A stretch of DNA of 64,000 nucleotides. Source: Octopus sinensis. Lineage: Eukaryota. The stretch spans positions 115,568,001-115,632,000 of the forward strand of contig NC_042998.1 in the NCBI RefSeq assembly GCF_006345805.1. Reading direction: 5' to 3'. Position 1 is the stretch's first letter, and each line of letters starts with the position of its first letter. This document shows positions 53,101-64,000 of this stretch, piece after piece. The notes beneath the pieces were generated by a model. The model saw nothing but the letters and a program-made list of their open reading frames with translations, was not told where the DNA came from and did no database searches. Both the position numbers and the translations under genes were made by a program.

Positions 53101-53652
53101 CTATTTATGCCCTAATGCAATACCAGACAGTGGCTCTGATGGCTTCAGATCTTAACTGATTGGAAGTATTATCATGTACATTGTTTTGTCTTGGTATAAA
53201 AAATGGGATACAGCAAATATTCTTCTCAATACCACTGATTTGCTTGTCAGTTGTTTGATCTTAACCAGTTGAGCATGTCCCTTAGTGGCTGAGGATATGT
53301 GCATCTCTGATCACAAGCAGAAGTAGTGGGGGGGAGGCATCATAGCCATGTGTTGAAAGGAATTCCTAGAGGTTTGGATAATTCACCTTTGGAAACATGG
53401 GTGGTTCGTTCAACATCTTTAAACAATCCTTATTCAGGGACCTTTTGAGCGGGATGGGCTACTCGATCAGAAGAAAATTCTAACTGGGCCCCACCTGCAA
53501 GGTCATGCGCTGTTTATCTTGATATGAGATCACCATGTCGCGCACATATCGTTGTGATGCCTGTGCCTGGTTTACCCTTATCAGATGGGTATAGTGGGCT
53601 TTTTATATTTTGCCCTAGTGTCACTTTGATGGCATGCACTGCTCTCTCACTC
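53101..53652. repeat. Unclassified ~550-bp insertion bounded by (AAT)n
   Basis: Higher-GC block with sharp (AAT)n borders; no motif recognised. Confidence 0.35.
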
Positions 53653-53710
<58 letters not shown>

Positions 53711-54227
53711 TTGAACTCAGAAAGTTATTTAAAAAAAAAAAGAAAAAAAAATCTTCGACGAAAACATCAGATAATATGTGTGAGTGAATATACATATATA
53801 TACATATACATATGCATGTGGTGAAGAAGAAAAGAGAAAGGGGAAAAAAAAAAAAAATAAATAAATAAACGTAAACAGGTTTGACCTTTTACTGACCATT
53901 AACGTCCTTTGTCTCCACCATCTACCGTGGCTATTTATAGACCCAAAGAACATGAATTCTTTAACCACCCATTCTCCAACACAATGGAGTGTTGATGGTG
54001 GCTGTGGCTACACATTGAAGATGATGATGGTGATGGTGATGTTGCTGATGATGGTGATGGTGGTGAAGATGATAGTAATAACAATAATAACTGACAGATC
54101 CCGTCTTTTTCCCTTTCTTTTCGTTTCCTTCTCCGTATTTTATTCTCATTATTTCGAACTAATACAGACACAGTAAGCCTTGAAGAAAGGAAGAGGACGA
54201 AGGAGGGAAAAAAAAAAAAAAAAAAAA

Positions 54228-57200
54228 ATGTCCGGAGATAAAACTATCAACAAAAAAATACAGACGAATATAGATCTGCTAGTCTTAAGAAGCGGCGCTA
54301 TGAGCAATGCTTACATGTAGTGAACCCTAAACTGACAGAGCCATCTCCTAATATAAGAATGGATGCTCGTCATGCTTCAAGGTCAACAAATCAAACAATA
54401 AACCGCATTGGTCATTGCGCGGATTACAAAAGACCACGTACCCGAAAATTGAACCAAATCCTGATTGAAAAATCAGTTACTGGATCAAATCTTCCCAACA
54501 CACAGGAGCTGGACGAACCCCACAACCGGAATATTCCAACAGATGGCCATCCATGCTCATCACCAAATAATCAAAAGAAAAAGAAGGAAAAATGGTCTAG
54601 GGAAGATAATAAAGAAGTTCTAGAGGCCTTCTACCATGCCATATATTTCCCCACAGATAAGTCTAGCACTGTACAAGCATACTTAAACTGGAGACAGAAC
54701 ACCCTGAAGTAAGACCCTACATAGACAGTAACAAGCTTGCCAATGTTAGAAGAAACATTATAAAAAAGAATTACTGACTGAAGTAGAGATTGATCAGGTT
54801 AGACAAGCAATATCGGATAAAATGAACGAAGCTGCAGCTACAGAAGATAATACAGAGGAAATGATTATAGACCAGCCCAGGGCGGATAAAAACGAAGAGA
54901 GGATTGAAAGAGTTAGTATAAGTGATAGGCAAAGTGAAATACGCCCTGAACCAATCATAAACACTAAGACAGATGAGCATCAAATAGATAAAGAAAGTCA
55001 CACAAATATTGACCCAACAGAACTACATGAGCTAAAAAATCAAATCATGATTGAATGGCTGAAAATTAAAGAACCAGCATGGATGAGCGTGATACACTTC
55101 CTAAAATCCGCAACTCTAACCAAAACATGAAAATAATTGGTAAAATCCGGCTTGCACTTAAGGATATAATTTCAGTTAATGATGTTGATATCACAAACCT
55201 CAACCACCTATACTATGCATCCGCGAAAATCTCAACGATCCTATGTGGTGTAAAGATTAGAAAACGGCAACAGTCCCACAAAAAGCCTTCTTGGCAAGAG
55301 CGTCTGCAACAACAAATTAAAGTGTTTAGATCTGACATTGAATATTTGAAAAACCTTAAGGCTCACAAGACTGCCAAACCTACAAAACCCCAAAATTACT
55401 GAAAAAATACAATATGAAAACTATACTTGATATTGATGCCACCATAGAAACCATCAAACAAAAGGTATCTGCCAAAGCTGCCCGCATAGCGAGGTATGAA
55501 AAGCGTGTTAGATTTTTCAAGGACAACAACATGTTCAAAAATAACACCAAGAATTTTTACAGGAAGATAGGAAAAACAGCGTTTACTGCAGGGTCTGTAC
55601 CATCAAAAGAAGAAGTGCAGAGATTTTGGAATAAAATCTGGGCAGAAGAAAAAACACGCAACGAAAAGGCCCCCTGGATTGACAGAATATCTACAGAACT
55701 GGACCCCTTAGAAGAGCAAAAGTGGGAGGGTGTCAAGGTAGAAGATATAAGATCTGCTCTCAGGAGGTCAAGCAAATGGAAGTCTCCAGGAAAGGATAAA
55801 ATTCCTAACTTCTGGCTGAATGCCTTCCCAGAGAGCCATGAACTGCTAACAGAACTGTAAAATGATGTTTTGCAACACCCTAGTAGGATGCCTCCTTGGC
55901 TAGTTAATGGGTTAACATTCCTGCTTCCAAAAAGTGAAGAAACAAATGAACCAAAAAACTATAGACCCATAACCTGCTTAACAACTATGTACAAAACACT
56001 AACATCTGTCCTGACGGAATATACCTATAGTTTTTTAACAGACAGCAGCATATTCCCTAATGAACAGAAAGGATGTAAACGTGGATCCTACGGCTGTAAA
56101 GACCAACTACTCATCAATAAGATGATCTTAGAAGATTGTCACAAACGACACAAAAACTTATCAATAGCCTGGATAGACTATAAAAAGGCTTTTGATAGCC
56201 TACCACATAGCTGGATTAGGAAATGCCTTGAAATGTATAAGATAGCACCAACTCTGCGAAACTTCTTGACTGTAAGTATGAGATCATGGAGAACCACACT
56301 AACTCTGAACAGTGACAGTGAATCCCTAAATGCTGGTGATGTAAAAATTTCGTGTGGCATTTTCCAGGGTGACTCACTGTCACCACTCCTCTTTTGTTTA
56401 TCCTTAATACCTCTCTCAAAGCTGCTCAATGACGCGCAGTACGGGTATAAAATGTTTGATAAAAATATAAATCATCTCGTTTACATGGATGATTTAAAGC
56501 TTTTTGCAAAAAATGATCAACAACTCAAGGGCTTACTAGCGATAGTCAAACAATTCAGTGACGACATCAGAATGCAATTCGGCCTCGATAAATGTGCAAA
56601 GGCTACCTTTATCAAAGGAAAAATGACAGAAACATCTAACGTTAACCTTGACCAACAGAATGTCATTAAAGAACTAGACCCAGCGGAGAGCTACAAGTAC
56701 CTAGGGGTAATTGAAGGGAACGGAATAAGGCATTCAGAGATGAAGGAAAGGATCAGGAGAGAATGCTATCGAAGAGTGAGAGCAATACTCAAGACAGAGC
56801 TGAATGCAAGAAACAGGATCGAAGCAATCAATGCATTAGCTATACCAGTCGTGACTTACAGTTTCAATATTGTTAACTGGTCAATTACTGAAATATGTCA
56901 GCTCGACAGAAAAATAAGGAAACTGTTGACAATGCATAGAATGCACCACCCTAAGGCAGATACAGAACGACTCTATCTGCCAAGAAAAGAGGGAGGCCGT
57001 GGTCTTTTGCAACTGGCAATAACAATGAAGATTGCTACAATTGGCCTAGACACCTACCTGAAAAACTCTGAGGACTGGATGTTAAAACTTGTCTCAAAAC
57101 ATGAAAACAAGAAAGCATCATACTCAGTCACAAAACAGGCAAAGGAATATCTAAGTGAATTCCGAATACAACCAATTTCGGAATTAGAGATAGACATACA

Positions 57201-58257
57201 AGAAACAAGCACAGAAAAAGCTAGGCGCATGAAAACCCGTGCCAAAACTGCGGCCTTAGATATTCTGAATAATAAATGGCAAGAAAAACCTCTCTATGGC
57301 AAATACCCAAAGAGAGCGAATAATGCAGATATCGACAAAGCCCTGACCCATCAATGGCTAATGGCCTCTGGCTTAAAATCTGAAACAGAGGGGTTTATCA
57401 TAGCAGCTCAAGATCAATGCCTACCAACAAGAAACTACCAGGCCAACATATTAAAGATCAGAAGCAGTCCAACGTGTCGTGTATGCAAGCAACAAAATGA
57501 AACCATTGACCATGTGGTCTCCAAGTGCAGTCTTCTAGCGCCTACAGAGTATCTCAACAGGCACGATAGAGCTGCACAATATATTCACTGGGTAATCTGT
57601 AAAAACCTGGATTTGCCCCATGAAAAAAACTGGTGGGAACACAAACCACCCCCAGTGCTTGAAAATGACCACATCTCACTCCTCTGGAACTTCACCATTC
57701 AAACTGACAGGAAGATAGATGCAAATAGGCCAGACATCATATTGAAAGACTTCAAACAAAGAACATGCCTCCTCATTGATATGACTGTCCCAATCGATAT
57801 AAACGTATCTGTCAGGACCTACCAAAAACTGAGCAAATATAAAGATCTTGAAATAGAAATCAGCAAAATGTGGAAGCTGAAGACTAAAACAATACCTGTT
57901 GTCATAGGTGCCCTGGGAATGATAGCAAAAGGGGCTGATAGCTACCTAACTCAGATACCAGGAAACCCAAAAATGGCAGAAGTTCAAAAGATAGTGCTCA
58001 TGGGAACTGCTCATATCCTACGCAAAATACTCTCTATGTAACCTCAAGGTTTAAAACAACCATAATTTTCGGTTTAAAAAAAAAAAAAAAAAAAAAAATT
58101 TTTTTTTTAGACATTCATTAGTACAACATCCCCACCCCCCAAATATATGGCACACTAGGCATAACAACAACATGAACTTCCAACCCTGTTGTCCCTTGAG
58201 GTCTCTGGGTGAGACTTGGAGCCAACTTGTACAAATATAAAGCAAAAGTCAAACATA

Positions 58258-58288
<31 letters not shown>
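54228..58288 (+). mobile_element. Near full-length R4/Dong-clade RLE non-LTR retrotransposon
   Basis: N-terminal KWSREDNKEV / KLANVRRNI, long RT-RLE ORF, 3' UTR and (AAT)n tail; several frameshifts and a stop upstream of 55870. Confidence 0.92.
55870..58041 (+). CDS. Reverse transcriptase + CCHC zinc knuckle + restriction-like endonuclease (uninterrupted 723-aa part of the element ORF)
   Basis: NYRPITCL, IDYKKAFDS, GIFQGDSLSP, YMDD, YKYLG, CRVC..ETIDHVVSKC, RHD, NRPDII..LIDMTVP..KLSKY. Confidence 0.93.
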   Translation: MQHPSRMPPWLVNGLTFLLPKSEETNEPKNYRPITCLTTMYKTLTSVLTEYTYSFLTDSSIFPNEQKGCKRGSYGCKDQLLINKMILEDCHKRHKNLSIAWIDYKKAFDSLPHSWIRKCLEMYKIAPTLRNFLTVSMRSWRTTLTLNSDSESLNAGDVKISCGIFQGDSLSPLLFCLSLIPLSKLLNDAQYGYKMFDKNINHLVYMDDLKLFAKNDQQLKGLLAIVKQFSDDIRMQFGLDKCAKATFIKGKMTETSNVNLDQQNVIKELDPAESYKYLGVIEGNGIRHSEMKERIRRECYRRVRAILKTELNARNRIEAINALAIPVVTYSFNIVNWSITEICQLDRKIRKLLTMHRMHHPKADTERLYLPRKEGGRGLLQLAITMKIATIGLDTYLKNSEDWMLKLVSKHENKKASYSVTKQAKEYLSEFRIQPISELEIDIQETSTEKARRMKTRAKTAALDILNNKWQEKPLYGKYPKRANNADIDKALTHQWLMASGLKSETEGFIIAAQDQCLPTRNYQANILKIRSSPTCRVCKQQNETIDHVVSKCSLLAPTEYLNRHDRAAQYIHWVICKNLDLPHEKNWWEHKPPPVLENDHISLLWNFTIQTDRKIDANRPDIILKDFKQRTCLLIDMTVPIDINVSVRTYQKLSKYKDLEIEISKMWKLKTKTIPVVIGALGMIAKGADSYLTQIPGNPKMAEVQKIVLMGTAHILRKILSM

Positions 58289-58289
58289 T

Positions 58290-58541
58290 CTTTCTACTGG
58301 AGGCACAATGCCTTCAATTTTAGAGGATGGTACTTGTCGATTACATCGACTCCAGCGTTAAACTGGTACTTAATTTGTAAACCGCGAAAGGATGAAAGGC
58401 AATGTCGACCTCGGCGGAATTTGAACTGAGAAGGTAACGACGAGTGAAATACCGCTAAGCATTTCGTCTAGCGTGCTAACGAAATGCTTAGCCGTATTTC
58501 TCCCGTCGCTACGTTCTGAGTTCAAATTCCACCGAGGTCGA
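58290..58541 (-). mobile_element. SINE family B with inverted duplication of its 5' part
   Basis: 58405-58467 is the reverse complement of 58479-58541. Confidence 0.8.
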
Positions 58542-58578
58542 ATAATAATAATAAAAATAATAAAAATAATAACAATAC

Positions 58579-58619
<41 letters not shown>

Positions 58620-58691
58620 TGGCGGTGCCCCAGCATGGCCACAGCTCATTAGCTGAAACTGGAAAAATCAAAATCAAAAATAATAATGATG

Positions 58692-58746
<55 letters not shown>

Positions 58747-59107
58747 TAATAATAATAATAATAATGATAATAATAATAATAATAATAATGATAATAATAA
58801 CGATAATAATGATGATGATGATAATGATGATGATGATGATGATTATGATGATGATGATTTCTTTTTTAACCACAAGGGTTTATATTGAGAAAAACATTAT
58901 GGACAGTACAGGATAAAACAAAGAATGTGTGTGTGTATGTATGTAAGCTTCTGTAGTTGTGAGGGTTTTGCGTGTAAACAAGACTAGCAAAATTAAAAAG
59001 AAATAGAAAAAGAAATCAACAATGTGTAATCATCAGTAAGGAGGACACATTCAAAGGCTGCTCATGGAAAAGTTCCATAAAAAAAAAGGTATAAAACCAA
59101 GTTTAGC

Positions 59108-59235
59108 ACAAACAGATGGATAAAGGAAATAGGCATAAAACCCAGTTTAGTACAGCTCCAGAAAACAGTGTTATTAGAGATAGACAGGATACTTAGGAGG
59201 GTTCTTGGCATCTTAAGTTACTTGCTGTAACCCAA
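59108..59235 (+). mobile_element. R4/Dong-like LINE 3'-terminal fragment
   Basis: WIKEIGIKPSLVQLQKTVLLEIDRILRRVLGI. Confidence 0.65.
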
Positions 59236-59309
59236 TAGGAGAGATCTTGGTATCTAAGACTACTTTTAGAATTCTTTTCTTTTTCTGTGAAATTATGTGA
59301 GATCCTACG

Positions 59310-61645
59310 GAAACATCTGACTGGTTAGTAAGAGTTATTACTTACCTACGCCCCAAGAATAATGAAACCAAATGTTCCCCAAACTATCGGACCATGACAT
59401 GTCTGTCTACCACGTCTAAAATTTTAACATCCATCCTCGTAGAGAAAACATACTAATATATGGAACAGAACGATATTTTCTCCGCTGAACATAAAGGGTG
59501 CCGACGCGACTCATATGGATGCAAAGACCAACTCTTAATCAATCGCATGATCCTTGAGAATTGTCATCACAAACGCAAAAATCTCAGCTCTACATGGATT
59601 GATAATAAAAAGCTTTTGACAGAATGCTGGATATTTTCATAATTTCTCCAGTGATTTCAAATTTCCTGAAGCACAACATGTCAGTGTGGAATACGAATCT
59701 CCAGTTATACCACTCTAATGAAGTACTGACCACAAAAGATATTAGTATCAACTGCGGCATTTTCCAAGGTGACTCACTTTCACCTTTAATCTTTTGCATA
59801 GCCCTAATACCCCTTACAAGTGAGCTTAACAGAACAGGGTGTGGATATAAAATTGGCGACAAGAAAATAAGTCATCTATTTTATATGGATGACTTAAAAC
59901 TAGGTGTCAAAGATGATAATGAACTTGAAGGACTACTACGTACTCTGATAGCATTCAGTGATGATATCGGGATGGAATTTGGTCTTGATAAATGTGTCAA
60001 GGCCACTTTCCAGAAAGGGAAATTGAAGACCTCACATTCAGTGGTGTTGGATGTTGGCACAGTCATAAAAGACTCGAACAGGAACAAACTTACAAATACC
60101 TCGGAATAAATGAGGGCTCTGGCATTCAACATGCAAACATGAAAGAGAAGATCAAGAAGGAATGTTACAGGAGCGCTCGAGCAGTCTGGAAATCTGAGTA
60201 CAATGCACGTAACAAGGTGTTAGCTATAGATTCCTTAGCGGTTCCGGTTGTTATTTAATTTCAATGTATTGAATTGGAATATCAGCGAAATAAGGACGAT
60301 TAACAGGAAAATCCGTAAGCCGCTGACATACAAATGATGCACCACTCAAAGGCAGATGTAGATCGTCTTTACCAGAGCTCAAAAAGGTCGCGGCTTCATC
60401 CAATTGGAAATCTCTTACAAAACCACTACAATTGGACTGGCAAAATATCTTGAAACATTTAACGACTGGATGCTAAAGATCGTTGAAAACTACAAGAGAC
60501 GTAAGAAGCTTCATTTGTTATGAAGGAGAGCAAAAAATCAGTTAGTGAGTTTAGGCATAACAGACAGATTAAACAGCATGATGGAAGTACGACAACTGTA
60601 GTTGCAGGGGTGAAATCAATAGTAAAGCAAAATGCGTTTGAACAATTGGCTGATAGATGGGAATAAAAACCGCTGCATTGCAAATATGTGGTTCGAAGGA
60701 AACAAGCCGATGTAGACCAGAAGTACACCCATCAGTGGCTACGGAGTTCAGGGCTAAGAGCAGAGCACGAAGGCTTTATTTTGGCTGCTCAAGATCAGAG
60801 CATATTGACCTGGAACTATCAAGCCAATGTGATGAAAAATGTAGTAGACTCAAGAAGGAACGTTGGGTTTGAAACAGTGAACAACCTAATCTCTGGGTAT
60901 AAGGTTTTAGCACCTATAGAGTACAAATCAAGACATGACAGAGTTGGCCAAAATCTACATTGGATAATGTGCCGGCATTATAAAATCAAGACCCCTAACA
61001 AATAAGTCGGCATTATAAAATCAAAACCGCTGACAAATGAGGCTGTAGCTGAGGGAGAAATTATAACGTTTATTTGGGACTTTCCAGTAGGTACAGACCA
61101 GACCATCAAAGTAAATAAACCAGATATTGTTGTGAAAGACTAAAACAATAAAGTCTGTTTATTGATTGATATGAGCTTACCTTATGACCATAATATCTCA
61201 GCAAAACCGCTTGATAAGCTCAGAAAATATAAAGATTTGGCAATCGAAATTAAAAAGATGTGGCATCTCAAGACGGCTACAATACCAATGATTGTAGGAG
61301 CACTGTGAATGATCAAAAAAAGAACTGAATTTTTTTAAGAATGATCACTGGCTTACTATCCATACAGGAAGAGCAAAAGATTGTCTTAAGTGGTACGTCA
61401 CACGTAGTGAGAAGAGCATTGTCGCTGTGAATTTTCTTTCCTTTTGTTCCCTTTATTTTTCTTTTTACTTTTATATATTTAATTATTTTCCTTTTCTCTC
61501 TGTCTTACTTCCCCTTTTTCTCTATCACACGACTTTGTAAATGAACAATTTTGTGTGATTCTTTTAATGGCCAGCCAATATATACAGTGCGTTTGCCCTT
61601 GGTGTCAGGAAGACACACGGCAAGAAATGGAAGCAAAACTGAAAG
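59310..61645 (+). pseudogene. Second, decayed 5'-truncated R4/Dong-like LINE
   Basis: GCKDQLLIN, GIFQGDSLSP, FYMDDLKL, YKYLG, EGFILAAQDQ, RHD, NKPDIVV; many stops; (AAT/GAT)n tail. Confidence 0.9.
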
Positions 61646-62916
61646 ATGATAATGAAGATAATAATGATGATGTTAATGATGATATCGACGACGATGATGA
61701 TCATAATGATTTCTTTTATTGGCAACAAGGGCCCAAGTCATGGAGGACGATATCAAAGGACAAGTTACGACACACAAAAGCAAAAGTAAAAGCAAAAATA
61801 AAAACTGGTGCGGGGAGCTTACGCCGATCAAAGAGAGACAATAACACATTAAAAGATATAATAAATGATATATAACAGAAGTGAGAGAAATAATAAATAA
61901 ATAAATAAATAAATAATTAGGACCCCAATAGCGGGGCAGTCCCAGATTACTCTGCCATCTCCAAGGCATAGAAAAGTGCCGTTTTCCAGTTTCTTACCAC
62001 TTACTTAGAAAAGTATATTCAGAGTTGATCCATTTAGTCTCATCAGTCTTGCCGCCAATAGCAATAAGAATCCTTCTACTATAGGCACAACGCCTGGAAT
62101 TTTGTGGGAGAGGGATACTCAATAGTGTTAACAACAGTTATAATAAAACTGGCAACATCAATAACGATAATAGCTACATTAATAATAACAACTAGGAAAC
62201 AACAGCCAAAATAGTAAAAGAGATTATCTATGCATGTGTTTGACCTTAAATTAAACAGTGGTATCTTAAAAAAAAACGACTTGCACATTGGATGATTAGC
62301 CTTGGATATAAGATGTAGAAGTGTAAAAGGAGAGTTTATCGATAAGCACGACTTACACTGACTCCAGCTCATCATAAAGCTGTTCAACCGTGGTCAATGG
62401 GTGGCTTAACAATAACAATACAATAAAACCTGCAACAAGCAATACTAGTGAATAACATATTTTTTAGCCCGAAGAGAAGGCTTTCATTGTATTTGACAGT
62501 CCGAGAGTGAAAATGAAGCGTGTAATATCCCGCATCACCAGAATCAGATGATACAATCCACGGTGAACTGATGATATTTGAATATATGGTCAGACTTCCA
62601 ATCTTAAATATCCCAGATACATTAGAAATGTCGTTGTGAATGGGAAAAAAATACTGTTCCATCGTACACGAATATATCTCAAATACTTTCTACTCGAAGC
62701 CAAGACTACAACAAAATAATTGAAGAAAGAGAAGCCAACTCTGATCTGAGAGTTCCTTTGAATCCCAATGAAGTCATTAATTTTTGAAGGTACATTTTCA
62801 TGAAATCACTTATAGAAATATAATACATAAAAGAAGACAAAATACGTGTAGGAAATGCCCCCAAGGAACAAAAATCTCAAAACAAAAATGAATCATTACG
62901 GCTATAACTATTGCTT

Positions 62917-63103
62917 TCAAGTTTGGCACAAGGCCAGCAAGTTTGGGGATAAGTCGATTAGATCGTCCGCAGTGGTACTTATGTTATCGACTCCGAAAGG
63001 ATGATTGGCAAAGTCGACCGCGGCGGCATTTGAACTCAGAGCGTAAAACAGACGAAATATCGCTAAGCATTTTGCTCGGAGGCTAACGATTCTACCAGCT
63101 CGA
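62917..63103 (-). mobile_element. SINE family B
   Basis: Match to other family B copies. Confidence 0.78.
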
Positions 63104-64000
63104 GCAACAGAAACCTAACCAAAAACACACAAAGGAAAATATTTATAGATAGAAGATTGTAAAGGTGGAAATTTTAGATAAGACAATGATTCAAAAGTGG
63201 AAATAAAAATATTTAACCAAAAAGGAGATATTCATATAAATGCACTAAATGCACCGACAGTGATAAAACCTATCTGCAAATAAGAAAGAAAAATAAGCTG
63301 GTCATCTTTGTCTTAGAAAAAACAGATACGGGCATCAATATGACCAGGATAAATAAAATAAAACATGCAACAGTAACAGAAATCCTAAGGAAAAATAAGT
63401 ATTTTCTCATGGATGTTCATACAGAGATATCAAAAACCCAGCAAAATACGTAGAAAGCAAATATAGCAAACGAAGCAAAATAAAAGTAGACATTTTACAA
63501 TTAAGTGAAAAATAAATGGAATATTGAAATAAATTAATTTAAATAATACCTGAGACAAAATATCTTATTAAATCACAGAGAATATGTTGTTATAGATAGC
63601 GAAAAGGAAAGGATTCCTTGGGCATTACAAAGTGTCTACATGAAGACGAAATCACGTTACCAGGAACGACGTAAAAATAAATGGCAAATCAAAGCAATGG
63701 AAAAGATGTAGAATAATTTTACTTGGCGGTCTATTGACTACTGTGTAAACTGACACGAATGAGAAAGTTCAACACAGGTGCAGCAGTAGCAAAATTGTGA
63801 GAAATGATTGAAGTGATAGGATGATGCAAAAAAAAAAACTGGAAAAAAAAATAATGATAAAACCGCTGGGTGAAATATTTAGCAAGTACACATAAGATAC
63901 ACTTACACTGAAAGATGATATGTGTAAAAAACAAAAACAAACATAGCTGCAAACATGTGTGTGTGTGTGTGTTTGTGAATAAATATATATATATTATATA

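Noticed and set aside
62200-63720. Possible decayed LINE or upstream exon of the NTR gene
   Set aside because: No convincing motif or splice-bounded frame found

Overview
AT-rich, microsatellite-saturated eukaryotic DNA with one 100-N gap (2463-2562). The SINE families and repeat texture suggest a coleoid cephalopod such as an octopus; this is an inference. Nearly all ORFs in the supplied track are microsatellite artefacts. The only host coding sequence I can support is a terminal exon on the minus strand (52425-52732) encoding an NTR/C345C domain most like the C-terminus of ADAMTSL5. The rest is transposon-derived: a near full-length R4/Dong-type RLE LINE plus several relics, an RTE relic, a CR1-like 3' end, a Penelope-like (GIY-YIG) relic, a full-length mariner, a hAT-Charlie relic, a pogo-type MITE and many tRNA-derived SINEs. 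The main hidden signal is RNA-structural. About a dozen type-I hammerhead ribozyme (HHR) motifs from several sequence-unrelated families occur in the window; five have an intact catalytic core and the rest are variant or decayed. Most sit in short non-coding elements embedded in (TA)n tracts. Several show a recurrent fold-back layout, in which an inverted truncated copy abuts the ribozyme, and one pair forms a tandem retrozyme-like repeat. All folds were read by eye and nothing was tested or searched.
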